Positions 1-9,352 of a DNA stretch of 58,349 nucleotides are shown here, one piece after another (within the stretch, counting starts at the first letter, position 1; every line of letters begins with the position of its first letter). The DNA is taken from positions 1-58,349 of IMG/VR virus record IMGVR_UViG_3300020044_008128; one strand, 5' to 3'. Made by a program: the position numbers and the translations under genes. The notes under the pieces are model-generated. The model had not been told where the DNA came from, made no database searches, and saw only the letters and a program-made list of their open reading frames with translations. Source of the stretch: a virus. Lineage: Duplodnaviria; Caudoviricetes.

Positions 1-357
1 GAACTCTTGGAAGGCGTGGCAATCGAAGCCAGCAATGGCAATGCCCATGCCTACTTGGAGTTGGTTGGTGGCTACGTTGGAGGCGCAGGCGCGCCGGGGT
101 CTGCCATGTTCAACTTCGGCCAAAACTACGGTCAGATCATTGGCATCCTCGCCGCCTGCAAGATTCCATTCACCTTGGTTCGTCCCCAGAAGTGGCAGGG
201 AGCCTTGTCTCTCGGCAACTCGAAAGGGATGTCCAAGACCGAATGGAAGAACAAACTCAAAGCCAAGGCCCAGCAACTCTTTCCCAACAGCAAGATCACC
301 TTGGCAACAGCAGATGCCGCTCTCATTTGGCACGCAGCCGCAAAAAACTTGATTTAA
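1..357 (+). CDS. RuvC-like Holliday junction resolvase (5'-truncated by window edge)
   Basis: Phage RuvC-type motifs: YLE, SAMFNFGQNYGQIIGIL, VRPQKWQ, AQQLFP, ADAALI; the N-terminal catalytic GIDPG motif is absent, so the gene begins upstream of the window. Confidence 0.8.
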   Translation, partial: ELLEGVAIEASNGNAHAYLELVGGYVGGAGAPGSAMFNFGQNYGQIIGILAACKIPFTLVRPQKWQGALSLGNSKGMSKTEWKNKLKAKAQQLFPNSKITLATADAALIWHAAAKNLI

Positions 358-360
358 TTA

Positions 361-388
361 TTGCAACAGAAAAAACAACTGATAAAGT
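361..388 (+). promoter_or_regulatory. Putative sigma70-type promoter (TTGCAA-N16-TAAAGT)
   Basis: AT-rich intergenic gap; -10 box ends 9 nt before ATG 398. Confidence 0.45.
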
Positions 389-397
389 AACACTCCT

Positions 398-808
398 ATG
401 GAAATCCACAACCACCTCCGCAAACTCAAAGCAGCTAGGGCTGAAGCCCAGAAACAAAACAACTTGGCCCGTGATCTCTCCATTGAGATCGCTGATCGGG
501 TCAAGGCACATATCAAACGTCAAGGTTCGACCATCGCTGATGTGTCTGCCCGATCTGGGATGCCCTATCCGACTCTCGTCAACTTGTTCTGGGGAGGTTG
601 CACCCACAACCTGTCCGGCGAGGAGGTGATGAAAGTTTGGGATGCCGCGATCCCGACCAAGGATCAGAAGCTCAGCTACTCTTTCCGTCTGCGTAAGCTG
701 ACTGCCAAGGAGTGGAAAGCCTCCGACAAGGACATTGCCCTCCGCATCGGTTGCTGCACCACCCAAGTCAAACGCATCCGAAAGGAACTGGCCTCATGCA
801 AAAAGTAA
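398..808 (+). CDS. HTH DNA-binding protein (Cro/CI-like plus second C-terminal HTH)
   Basis: TIADVSARSGMPYPTLVNL and SDKDIALRIGCCTTQVKRIRKEL are HTH-like. Confidence 0.65.
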   Translation: MEIHNHLRKLKAARAEAQKQNNLARDLSIEIADRVKAHIKRQGSTIADVSARSGMPYPTLVNLFWGGCTHNLSGEEVMKVWDAAIPTKDQKLSYSFRLRKLTAKEWKASDKDIALRIGCCTTQVKRIRKELASCKK

Positions 809-1134
809 AGTTCAACTTCGACACCGTTACCGACTGGAACCGCACGAACCTCGACCTAGCTCAGGAGTTTGGTTGTGACGAGCGCACCGTCCGCAACGCT
901 CGCAGGGTAAGGGGACTTCCCTTTGCCCCGCCCAAGGAGAAAGACCCCTCTTGGGTGCAGATGGTGCTGGACGACTGCAAGGACTTGGTATGGCAGGAAC
1001 TCGGCAACGCCCGACTCGCGCAAGTCCTTGGATGCGCCACCACCTCAGTCCGCAACTACAGAATCAAATACAACAAACCAAAACGCAGAACTGAGCCGCC
1101 CTCTATGCCCAACGTGCCGAAGCCTTCGGCCTAA
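796..1134 (+). CDS. Tandem-HTH DNA-binding protein
   Basis: Two repeats: NLDLAQEFGCDERTVRNARR and NARLAQVLGCATTSVRNYR; start reassigned to ATG 796 overlapping the previous stop. Confidence 0.65.
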   Translation: MQKVKFNFDTVTDWNRTNLDLAQEFGCDERTVRNARRVRGLPFAPPKEKDPSWVQMVLDDCKDLVWQELGNARLAQVLGCATTSVRNYRIKYNKPKRRTEPPSMPNVPKPSA

Positions 1135-1155
1135 CCCTCAAACTTTGGAAATAAT

Positions 1156-1485
1156 ATGATACCAACACCACGAACCGATGCCGAGACTGCAAAGTTGCAG
1201 GTGGAATCCTTGGGCGCTACCTATCACTCGCTCCACGTTTCCGCAGACTTCGCTCGCCAACTTGAACGCGACATCGCCGACCTCAACGACCGCTTGATCG
1301 CCCGTCAAAAGACACTGATGGAGCAAGCGGTGAAACTGCAACAAGCCGAGCGACTCCTCACCCGTTGCAGAGATTCAGCGGGCCGGATGGAGATGGGTTT
1401 GTATGAGGACATTCAAACTTATTTGCAGAACGTTAAAAATCAGGCACCGAATGAAGGTGCCTCGAACCAACCCAAGGCTTCCTAG
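1156..1485 (+). CDS. Hypothetical phage protein (TPRTDA...ADFARQLER type, coiled coil)
   Basis: ORF in operon context; common small phage early-protein motif. Confidence 0.6.
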   Translation: MIPTPRTDAETAKLQVESLGATYHSLHVSADFARQLERDIADLNDRLIARQKTLMEQAVKLQQAERLLTRCRDSAGRMEMGLYEDIQTYLQNVKNQAPNEGASNQPKAS

Positions 1486-1513
1486 AGGTTGCCTGCATTT
1501 TTCTTGTTATCCG

Positions 1514-1723
1514 ATGATTTTACACCGATTCGATTACGAAAACCGAGACGGCAAAATGGTGCGCGTCCGCAAGGATGAGATTTACGCATGGGCCGCTGTG
1601 AACACGCTCACGGGCGAAGTGGAGTTGGAGGACATTCCAATGTTCGACGACCAGCTTTCTACGCTTGATGCCCCTTGGGAGTGGAGACGATTCACGCTCA
1701 CGCTTTCGGATAACAGTGATTAA
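1514..1723 (+). CDS. Hypothetical protein
   Basis: ATG 1514 in frame with track ORF 1403..1723; protein-like composition. Confidence 0.5.
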   Translation: MILHRFDYENRDGKMVRVRKDEIYAWAAVNTLTGEVELEDIPMFDDQLSTLDAPWEWRRFTLTLSDNSD

Positions 1724-1762
1724 CCACACCAATTTTCTGCATAGCCAGAACAAAGCAACACC

Positions 1763-1939
1763 ATGAAACCCAACTACTACAAACTAATCGAAGACTGCGT
1801 TGCCACTGGCACAGCGCAGGGATACCAACGAGCGCACAAACACGACGACAAACCTGAAAGGGCAGTGATCGAAGAGAAGATCATTGAAGCCATTATGCAG
1901 CAGATCAGTGAGAACTTTATTTTTGATACACTGCCATGA
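1763..1939 (+). CDS. Small hypothetical protein, 58 aa (not in ORF track)
   Basis: Manual translation MKPNYYKLIEDCVATGTAQGYQRAHKHDDKPERAVIEEKIIEAIMQQISENFIFDTLP; ATGA overlap with next gene. Confidence 0.7.
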   Translation: MKPNYYKLIEDCVATGTAQGYQRAHKHDDKPERAVIEEKIIEAIMQQISENFIFDTLP

Positions 1940-2211
1940 ACCTTTGGAAACCAATCACCTCCGCCCCAAGAGACGGAACGCCTATTCTAGTCGGACATTG
2001 GATAAAAAGGAAAGAATGGAACCCAGAAACTAAAAGTCACGAAGACACTTCTCCCGACTGGGAGGCGACTGTTGTAGTCTGGGTACTTCCTTGCTACAGA
2101 ACAAAGTTAGGCGAATGGCACTTAGTTGAAAGCGGTTCTTATGCAGAAGATTACGAAATCAGTTTTGAGCCAACCCACTGGACAGAAATACCAACACCAC
2201 CAACGAAATGA
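1936..2211 (+). CDS. DUF551-like protein
   Basis: WKPITSAPRDGTPILV ... PTHWTEIPTPP signature. Confidence 0.75.
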   Translation: MNLWKPITSAPRDGTPILVGHWIKRKEWNPETKSHEDTSPDWEATVVVWVLPCYRTKLGEWHLVESGSYAEDYEISFEPTHWTEIPTPPTK

Positions 2212-2885
2212 AATCCCCATTCTGGAAACCTCACAAATCAACTCAGAAGTTGGTTGTCCACCGTCCCTCTGACTGCAAAGGTCGTCACTGCTGCGTCCAT
2301 AATCCAAGCAATCATCACATGAGAGATTGGCCCCAGAACTACCGAACAGATACAGGAGTAATGGAGCGTGTATGCTCCCACGGAGTCGGGCATCCAGACC
2401 CAGATCAACCTTGGCCGAAAAATGACCCCCGATGGATTCACGGGTGTGATGGCTGCTGCTCTCCTGAACGGGAACTACCCAAGGGAGACGGATGTCCTAT
2501 CCGCATTGTTCTCGATGAACCAACACCACCCTTCCCCGAGATTACACAGGAACTCTTGGACAAGCCCGCTTTCAAGGTGCTTTCCGGCCACAACCCTATC
2601 GTCTATCTCGCGCCCAGCATCAATGTGCCTCCTGAAGTCTACGCTGCGGCGGAAGCCCTGCACATCTTTTTCACGAAAGAAGGGCACCAGCAGTGGCAAC
2701 TCGGCCCCGTTGCCTCTCGCCAAGTTGTTACCCGACTTGAGCAGGAGAAGCGTGATCTCGCCAAGGAGTGCGCCAGCTTTCGGGAAGCACTCACGAATCT
2801 TGATCGCGCCCTTGAAAATTGCGTGACGGTTCCTGATAACGTCCTACCTGCTTGGTATGCGGCTGGACTTCTTTTTGAACGATGA
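2208..2885 (+). CDS. Hypothetical protein with Cys/His-rich N-terminal metal-binding domain
   Basis: HRPSDCKGRHCCVHNPSNHHM...ERVCSHGVGHPDPD...HGCDGCC; ATGA coupling. Confidence 0.65.
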   Translation: MKSPFWKPHKSTQKLVVHRPSDCKGRHCCVHNPSNHHMRDWPQNYRTDTGVMERVCSHGVGHPDPDQPWPKNDPRWIHGCDGCCSPERELPKGDGCPIRIVLDEPTPPFPEITQELLDKPAFKVLSGHNPIVYLAPSINVPPEVYAAAEALHIFFTKEGHQQWQLGPVASRQVVTRLEQEKRDLAKECASFREALTNLDRALENCVTVPDNVLPAWYAAGLLFER

Positions 2886-2903
2886 ACGCAGCAACCGCGA
2901 GCC

Positions 2904-4154
2904 ATGACCCCACGCGACTACCAACTCCCCAGCATTGAACGCCTAACTAAAGCCTTGCCTAGGTTCGGGGCGTGTCTGGACGCTTCCGATACAGGAGTGG
3001 GGAAGACCTACGTCGCCGCTTTCACAGCCAAGGCTCTTGGTTGGAAGGTAGCCGTGGTCTGTCCCAAGTCCGTGGTTCCTTCTTGGGAACTCGCCCTCAA
3101 TACCATTGGGGTTCCTTTTCTCTTCGTGGAGAACCCAGAACGCATTCGCTATCAAGCCCAGTGGGGAAACACGACCAAGGAAGCATTTGGGTGGGAGTGG
3201 AAGCTTCCAGAGCGTTGCCTATTGATCTTTGATGAAGCACACCGTTTCTCAGGAGCAGAATCGTTGCAGGCCAAGATGCTGGCTTCCGCTCCCAAGCCTA
3301 TCCTCATGCTTTCAGCCACCTGTGCCGACAGCCCGCTCAAGATGCACGCAATCGGGCACCAGCTTGGCATTGTCCATTGGGACAAGTGGTTTGCATGGTG
3401 CTTCAAGAATGGCTGCGTTTTCAACAAGCCGTTCAAGGGACTCAAGTTCATTGGAGGCGATGATATTCTACGCAGATTGCATAACCAAATCTTTGCCGAG
3501 AAAGGCGTGCGTATCCGCATCGCTGATCTTGGTGACGCATTCCCCGACAACTCTGTTGAGGCCGTGCCGATCCCAGTGGATGATGCAGACGGACTCAATG
3601 TCGAATACATGGAAGCCATCGAATTGCTGGAGGAGGAAGCCCCCAACGCTGCGGTAGCCATGCTCCGAGCAAGGCAACTCTCCGAGCATCGCAAGCTCAG
3701 GGCTATGATCGACATGACCGACGACCTTTTGGAGACAGGAAAGTCTGTGGCGATCTTTGTCTGCTTCAGGGAATCCCTCGACCAGTTGGCAAAGCAGTTC
3801 CCAGAAGCTAGTTTGATCTATGGGCAGCAACCTGCGGATGAACGCGAGGACGCGATCCAAGCATTTCAGTCTAACCAGAACCGTGTTCTCATTGCCATGA
3901 TTCAGGCAGGAGGAGTTGGGATCAGCCTCCACGATCTGGATGGGAACTTCCCGCGAGTCAGTTTGATCAACCCCTCTTTCTCAGCGGTGGAGCTTGTCCA
4001 GACTCTTGGGCGCATTCACCGCAATGGAGGGAAGTCTCCCTGCATCCAGCGCATTCTCTTCGCCGCTGAGACGGTTGAGGAACGAGTTAGAGAAAAAGTT
4101 GCATTAAAGGTTGCGCGCATTGACCTTCTCAATGATAGTGACCTTCACGTATGA
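2904..4154 (+). CDS. SF2 (DEAH) helicase
   Basis: Motif I DTGVGKT, Ia VVCP, II DEAH, III SAT, V GGVGISLH, VI QTLGRIHR. Confidence 0.92.
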   Translation: MTPRDYQLPSIERLTKALPRFGACLDASDTGVGKTYVAAFTAKALGWKVAVVCPKSVVPSWELALNTIGVPFLFVENPERIRYQAQWGNTTKEAFGWEWKLPERCLLIFDEAHRFSGAESLQAKMLASAPKPILMLSATCADSPLKMHAIGHQLGIVHWDKWFAWCFKNGCVFNKPFKGLKFIGGDDILRRLHNQIFAEKGVRIRIADLGDAFPDNSVEAVPIPVDDADGLNVEYMEAIELLEEEAPNAAVAMLRARQLSEHRKLRAMIDMTDDLLETGKSVAIFVCFRESLDQLAKQFPEASLIYGQQPADEREDAIQAFQSNQNRVLIAMIQAGGVGISLHDLDGNFPRVSLINPSFSAVELVQTLGRIHRNGGKSPCIQRILFAAETVEERVREKVALKVARIDLLNDSDLHV

Positions 4155-4342
4155 ACACACTCACACGAAAGCCGTCAACCCCACCAGAAGTCAAACGAAC
4201 CAAACTTACCCGCTACAATCGCTTCATATCCGCAGGTTATGAAGTCCGCTTGGCGGAGAAGCAGATCAAGACAACCACCCGCACGCTCAGTAAATGGGCG
4301 GAAGAACTCGGCATGAAAATGCTCAAACGCACTATCCCATGA
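4151..4342 (+). CDS. Small basic hypothetical (possible HTH)
   Basis: ATGA overlaps at both ends. Confidence 0.55.
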   Translation: MNTLTRKPSTPPEVKRTKLTRYNRFISAGYEVRLAEKQIKTTTRTLSKWAEELGMKMLKRTIP

Positions 4343-4581
4343 AATCACTACCACTAGAAACCCACCAAGACATCGGAATCGAACTCAAAAAGATTCGCAC
4401 AACACTGATAGAGCTTTACGTCCTCCTCGGGAACACTTGTGGCCGTTCAACTAAAGGGTACAAACTCGCCCTTAAAAGCTACAATTCTGTGAATGCGCTC
4501 CGGTGCGAACTGGACAATGTGATGTTTGCAGAACACCGAGATAAAGCCAACGCCAGCACTTATTACGGACCTAACCAATAG
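4339..4581 (+). CDS. Hypothetical protein
   Basis: ATG 4339 overlapping upstream stop. Confidence 0.55.
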   Translation: MKSLPLETHQDIGIELKKIRTTLIELYVLLGNTCGRSTKGYKLALKSYNSVNALRCELDNVMFAEHRDKANASTYYGPNQ

Positions 4582-4585
4582 TACC

Positions 4586-4777
4586 ATGAGCACAACAACT
4601 AAAACCTATCTCGGAGACGGGGTATACGCCGAACTGGAACTCGGAATGATCAAGATAACCACTGACGATGGCGTTGAGGAAACCAACACCATCTTCTTGG
4701 AACCAGCGACCCTGACTGCCCTAAACCAATACGCGGGCAGAATCAGAAACCTGAGCCAGAATGGCTGCGCCCAATGA
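4586..4777 (+). CDS. Small conserved-type phage protein (YLGDGVYA...IFLEP)
   Basis: Recognisable motif; ATG 4586; ATGA overlap downstream. Confidence 0.65.
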   Translation: MSTTTKTYLGDGVYAELELGMIKITTDDGVEETNTIFLEPATLTALNQYAGRIRNLSQNGCAQ

Positions 4778-5919
4778 GCACCACTGCCCCCCATGCCGAA
4801 AGGGCACACTCCAAGCGTAGTCCGTCTGCGCTTGGAAAGTATGCCGTATGTCCCCACTTCAAGCAGGACGAAGATCGTCCCGTGCATCCAGTAACCCTTG
4901 AAGGGACGCTGGTGCATGAGGCTATCGAGAAGAAGAATCTCCGAGGCTTAACCGCCGACCAACGAGTCATGGCCCAAACAGGTTTGGACTACGTTGCAAC
5001 GCTTAAAGATTCTGGGAAATATCATCAACACGATGAAATTGCCCTTCGGATTCCCTTGGTTCTCGACAAGAAAGGACATGCGGATGTTGTGCTCGTTTCC
5101 CATGACGGGAAAGTGGCTCACTGCATCGACTTCAAAGCAGGATTCAATCGTCAGGCGGATGCGGAACAAAACCTCCAGCAGAAATGCTACATCGCGGCTT
5201 GCTTGGAGAAATGGCCTTCTGTTGAAACGATCACTGTTCACATCGTGTATGTCCGACTTCAGGAGGTGGACGTGTTTGAGTTTACCCGAGCCGACGAATC
5301 CCGCATCCAACTTGAAATCTTGGCTGTGGATCGTCGTGCGGAGGAGGCTGAGAAGTTTGAATCCGAGAATCAAGGAGTCCTCTTCTACCACCGTGCCGAC
5401 CCCGCAGTCTGCACCTACTGCGTCAAGGCGGGCGTTTGCCCAGCCATGCAGCAGATCACCGTGCCAACCGCCCAAGCCTATGCTCAGGCTCGTCCGGATA
5501 GCCTCAAAGTCCCAGAAGCCTATGACCCTTCGCTTATCTCCGACCCAGCAGTCATGGCACAAGCCTTGGCCGTGGCAGGGATCATGGAAACTTGGATTTC
5601 GAGTGTGAAGAAACACGCACTCCAACTAAGGATGGACCTTGGGCTGGACATACCCGGCACCACCTTGGCCCACCGCACAGGAACCAAATCCGTAGCTGAC
5701 CCCAATGCAGCGTATGCGCTTGCTGAGAAGCATGGTGTGACGCAGGCTGAGTTTATGACCACCGTGAAGGTGAGTGCTCCCGACCTGATTGACATCGTTT
5801 CATCCAAAGCGGAACGAGGCAAAAAGAAGTATGTGGCACAAGCCTTTGAAGATGAACTCCGCGACTCCGGCGCACTGAACATCGGCCCAGAAACCTTCTA
5901 CCTGAGAAAATCCAAATGA
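4774..5919 (+). CDS. DUF2800/Cas4-like PD-(D/E)xK nuclease
   Basis: HSKRSPS...CP, EGTLVHE, GHADVV, IDFKAG, Q.KCY, CTYC...CP cluster; upstream of SSB and polA. Confidence 0.85.
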   Translation: MSTTAPHAERAHSKRSPSALGKYAVCPHFKQDEDRPVHPVTLEGTLVHEAIEKKNLRGLTADQRVMAQTGLDYVATLKDSGKYHQHDEIALRIPLVLDKKGHADVVLVSHDGKVAHCIDFKAGFNRQADAEQNLQQKCYIAACLEKWPSVETITVHIVYVRLQEVDVFEFTRADESRIQLEILAVDRRAEEAEKFESENQGVLFYHRADPAVCTYCVKAGVCPAMQQITVPTAQAYAQARPDSLKVPEAYDPSLISDPAVMAQALAVAGIMETWISSVKKHALQLRMDLGLDIPGTTLAHRTGTKSVADPNAAYALAEKHGVTQAEFMTTVKVSAPDLIDIVSSKAERGKKKYVAQAFEDELRDSGALNIGPETFYLRKSK

Positions 5920-6572
5920 TTGAGAAACTAGACAACGGAACTTGGGTCATCCAAGAAGATACCCATATCTCCAAATGGGTGAAGGAACATGGATCGCTTA
6001 AATGTGACCCGCACCTCTTTGCATGGCTCCGACCAAAGCTGAGAAACGTGGGAGTCATTTGGGATGTGGGGGCCAATATTGGCGATCACACCCGTTTCTA
6101 TCTCGACCTTGGCAAGGTTGTGGTTGCCGTAGAGCCAAACCCCGAAGCCTTTGAGTGCTTGCAGCATAATTGCCCAGAGGCGATTCTTGTTCATGCCGCA
6201 GCAGCCGCAGTGAGTGGGGCCAAGTTGAAGTTCACCCTCTGTGATAATGTTGGGGCTTCAAGGATCAGCCAGAATGGGAACATTTTGGTCAACTCCTTGG
6301 CTCTTGGAACTGAGAAGCTCCCTGCTCCTGACTTTATCAAGATTGATGTTGAGGGATATGAACTCTCGGCATTGATGGGCATGATACGGGTCTTGGAGTG
6401 GCGCAACCCCCCACTCTTCATTGAGATCAATCGTGGAGCCTTGGCAGAGCAGCAGAATACCCCAAAGGATGTGACCGACTGGCTTCGCCTTCTTGGCTAC
6501 ACCCAGTTTGTTATCTACCCACCCAACTTGGACGAATCCGCCGAACAATACGACCTCTACGTCACCAAATGA
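5916..6572 (+). CDS. FkbM-family SAM-dependent methyltransferase
   Basis: WDVGANIG, VAVEP, DFIKIDVEGYE, LFIE motifs. Confidence 0.92.
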   Translation: MIEKLDNGTWVIQEDTHISKWVKEHGSLKCDPHLFAWLRPKLRNVGVIWDVGANIGDHTRFYLDLGKVVVAVEPNPEAFECLQHNCPEAILVHAAAAAVSGAKLKFTLCDNVGASRISQNGNILVNSLALGTEKLPAPDFIKIDVEGYELSALMGMIRVLEWRNPPLFIEINRGALAEQQNTPKDVTDWLRLLGYTQFVIYPPNLDESAEQYDLYVTK

Positions 6573-7282
6573 AACACGCCTTTTTCATCCGCACATATCT
6601 GGGAGATGTCGAGTGGCTCCCCTACTGCCTCCAGTCTCTGAATAAATGGGAGCCAACCATCCCCGTTTTTGTCGTGGCTCCTCCGAAGGGGTTCTCCCTG
6701 ATTCGCACGATTGCCGAAGGTTTTGGAACCACCTGCACGGAAGTCTATCCAGTTCATGCTGATGGTTATGTGGATCAGCAATGGTCGAAGCTCCATGCGG
6801 ACATCTACTGCCCTGCGGAGTTCATCACGCACATTGATTCTGACTGCCAGTTGGTGGCACCGCTTGCCAACAGCTTCAGGGAGGAAAAGCCCATCATGCT
6901 AAAGACCCCTTGGGAGCACCTTTCAGGGGATGCCGTGGTATGGCGCGAGATCACCAAGAGCTATCTTGGCTTCACGCCAACCCATGAGTTTATGCGCCGG
7001 AACGGACTAACCTACCCACGCGAACTTTACGCTTATCTCCGTGCCTATCTCACCTCCACAATGGGCAACATGGACGAGTGGTTTCCCGCCATCACAGATC
7101 GCAAAATGAGCGAGTTCAATTTGTTAGGCGCATACGCCCATCAGCATTGGTATGACGAGTTCTACTGGATTGACACCAGCAAAGAAACCTTTCCTGAGAG
7201 CATCGTCAACCAAGCATGGTCTTGGGGCGGGCTGGACAAAGTAAAACCCCTTTGGGATACCCTACTCGCTTCACCAAAATGA
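6569..7282 (+). CDS. Putative GT-A glycosyltransferase (DUF6492-like)
   Basis: FFIRTY..D..WL..CL.S, GYVDQQWSKL, HIDSD (DxD), MSEFNLLG. Confidence 0.7.
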   Translation: MKHAFFIRTYLGDVEWLPYCLQSLNKWEPTIPVFVVAPPKGFSLIRTIAEGFGTTCTEVYPVHADGYVDQQWSKLHADIYCPAEFITHIDSDCQLVAPLANSFREEKPIMLKTPWEHLSGDAVVWREITKSYLGFTPTHEFMRRNGLTYPRELYAYLRAYLTSTMGNMDEWFPAITDRKMSEFNLLGAYAHQHWYDEFYWIDTSKETFPESIVNQAWSWGGLDKVKPLWDTLLASPK

Positions 7283-8091
7283 GCCTAGATACTCGCGCAC
7301 CAATCTGTCGAACCGAAACCCCCGCAGGATACACATGGATTCCCGCCCCCTTTGAGGTGGTCATGCCTTACTGCGCCAGAGACGCGCACAGGGCTTTGGA
7401 TACTTTGCAATGGATGGAAGAGCTTCATGGCAAGCTCCTGACCACCCTGACCCTTGTCATGGATGACTTGCACCAGAAGTTTGAAAAAGACCCTGTGGTC
7501 ATTCAGGCCAAACGAGTGTTTGAAACAGTTCGCGTCTGCCCTGTTCGGCCTACACGGGCCAATTGGCCGGGGTGTAACAACCATGTATTCAACCACATCG
7601 TCCGAGCGATGAGTGAACGGGGCAGACCTTGGCTGCTACTGGAAACCGATATGGTTCCAGTCACTCCCGACTGGCTCCCTGTGCTGGAGAAGGAGTACAA
7701 CACCGCCAAGAAGCCTTTCATGGGGGCTTGGGTAGAGGGCTTTGACATTATCAATGGAGGGGGCGTTTACCCACCGGATACGGCATCATGGATGCCCAAA
7801 TACCTCTCCCAAGACCCGCTCAAGGCTATCGCGTACGACTGCGCCATTGCTCCAGAGATCATCTGGTTCAGCCACAACGCCTCCCACCTGATGCCCCATG
7901 TCTGGACGGAGCGTGCCAATGGTCGTCCAAGTCTTAATGGGCAGAAGCCCCCAACATGGACTCCAAGGATGGCTGAATGGGTGCTGACCCACAACGCGGT
8001 GCTCGCCCATCGGTGCAAGACCGGAGCACTGATTCAAATACTTCGCGATAAAAACGCAAAATCTGTTGACGAACCTGTTGCAGACAGTTAA
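7279..8091 (+). CDS. Putative glycosyltransferase-like protein
   Basis: VVMPY, WPGCNNHVF, WLLLETD (ExD), DWLPVLEKEY, INGGGVYP, H.CK; coupled to FkbM/GT genes. Confidence 0.6.
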   Translation: MSLDTRAPICRTETPAGYTWIPAPFEVVMPYCARDAHRALDTLQWMEELHGKLLTTLTLVMDDLHQKFEKDPVVIQAKRVFETVRVCPVRPTRANWPGCNNHVFNHIVRAMSERGRPWLLLETDMVPVTPDWLPVLEKEYNTAKKPFMGAWVEGFDIINGGGVYPPDTASWMPKYLSQDPLKAIAYDCAIAPEIIWFSHNASHLMPHVWTERANGRPSLNGQKPPTWTPRMAEWVLTHNAVLAHRCKTGALIQILRDKNAKSVDEPVADS

Positions 8092-8094
8092 GTC
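8066..8094 (+). promoter_or_regulatory. Putative sigma70 promoter (TTGACG-N17-TAAGTC) for SSB gene
   Basis: Consensus-like hexamers with 17-nt spacer, followed by hairpin CCTCGG/CCGAGG. Confidence 0.45.
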
Positions 8095-8144
8095 ACTGCC
8101 TTCCTCGGGCATTCCGAGGCGAATAACCAAACTACCACACCACA

Positions 8145-8816
8145 ATGGCTACCATATCCCTCAAGAAACCACAATCCTCCGACGAACTCGCTATCGTCCC
8201 ATCCGAAACCTCAACCGCAATCATGGCCCCCACTATTGGAGTCCCTTCTGCTTTTGAAGGTGAGTTCACCGCTGCTGACCGCAAGGTTCCCTACCTCGCA
8301 ATCTGCCAGAAGTCGGGCAAGATGATGGACGACAGTCCAACTTGGCTCGGCAACTTTGTCTATGACAAGCTGCACTGCCTTGGCAACACGCTCAATGTCA
8401 TCTTCTTCAAGTGCAAGAAGAGCTACGTGGAAGACCTCCCCTACGGCTCCGATTCCTTCCCTCAGAAGTTCAACACCATCGCGGAAAGCCGTGAAGCCGG
8501 TGTCGCTGTTCAGGAAGTTGGAGAACTCGACTGCCTGATCGAAGTCCCTCTGGACTTTGAAGGTGCCGAAGAAATCGACGGCAAGGGCTACATCCCTGCC
8601 CGTTACACCGTCCGTAGCACTGCCTATGGAGCAACCGTACGAATCTTGGTCAAGGATTCCAGCCTCCGACTCAAGGGCAACCTTGCTTCGGGTGTCTACA
8701 CCTTGGCAATCGAGAAGAAGACCAACGGTAGCAACTCTTGGTATGCGCCAAAACTCAGCCCAAATGGGATGACCCCAGAAGCTGTCCTGAACTTCATCAC
8801 GGACAACTACTGTTAA
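8145..8816 (+). CDS. Putative single-stranded DNA-binding protein
   Basis: Position between DUF2800 nuclease and polA; beta-rich, aromatic C-terminal KKTNGSNSWYAPK. Confidence 0.55.
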   Translation: MATISLKKPQSSDELAIVPSETSTAIMAPTIGVPSAFEGEFTAADRKVPYLAICQKSGKMMDDSPTWLGNFVYDKLHCLGNTLNVIFFKCKKSYVEDLPYGSDSFPQKFNTIAESREAGVAVQEVGELDCLIEVPLDFEGAEEIDGKGYIPARYTVRSTAYGATVRILVKDSSLRLKGNLASGVYTLAIEKKTNGSNSWYAPKLSPNGMTPEAVLNFITDNYC

Positions 8817-8831
8817 CCCCCACATAGCCGT

Positions 8832-8855
8832 TGCTCCGTGGCTTAAAACGGAGCA
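8832..8855 (+). other. Stem-loop downstream of SSB (TGCTCCGT-GGCTTAAA-ACGGAGCA)
   Basis: Perfect 8-bp inverted repeat; no U-tract. Confidence 0.55.
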
Positions 8856-8867
8856 CCCCCTTCAGAT

Positions 8868-9116
8868 ATGCTTATTACCCGACCCACCTCCTCCCCTACC
8901 CGCATCCCCCCAAGTGATGCCGGAAGAAAAGCTGGAGAACTCACAAGTGCCTTGATGGCAATGCCTCCACAGACGACGATCACAATTGACTTTGAGAAAG
9001 ACACTGCCTCAAATCGCCTGTATCCGGCTGTCAGTCGCTACGCCAGAAAGATCAAAGGGAAATTTGTATGTCGGAGGCTTTCCAAACGATCGTTCGCAAT
9101 TTTCAGAATCAAATGA
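8868..9116 (+). CDS. Small basic putative DNA-binding protein
   Basis: Similar layout to 14743..15018 (..YARKIKGKFVCRRL..AIFRIK). Confidence 0.55.
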   Translation: MLITRPTSSPTRIPPSDAGRKAGELTSALMAMPPQTTITIDFEKDTASNRLYPAVSRYARKIKGKFVCRRLSKRSFAIFRIK

Positions 9117-9346
9117 GCACATTCAAAACTATCTCCCGAGCCGAAGCAGTTGCACAGGGCATGAAGCCCCTGACCATTCCATCCAACCCTGAAGAGCCTT
9201 TCCTCCAGAATGTCATCAAAGACATGCAGCGGATCAAAGGCACCATCTGGGCACTCGTCCAATACAAAGTGGGCGGGGCATTGGAAGTGTGGCGGGTTCC
9301 CCTTGAACCCCTACACACCGATAAGGGCGAAAGACTTTCCATGTAA
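9113..9346 (+). CDS. Hypothetical protein
   Basis: ATG 9113 overlapping upstream stop. Confidence 0.55.
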   Translation: MSTFKTISRAEAVAQGMKPLTIPSNPEEPFLQNVIKDMQRIKGTIWALVQYKVGGALEVWRVPLEPLHTDKGERLSM

Positions 9347-9352
9347 GACAAG

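Noticed and set aside
4774-5919. Cas4-like gene as sign of a CRISPR-Cas system
   Set aside because: No array or other cas genes; standard phage replication-module nuclease
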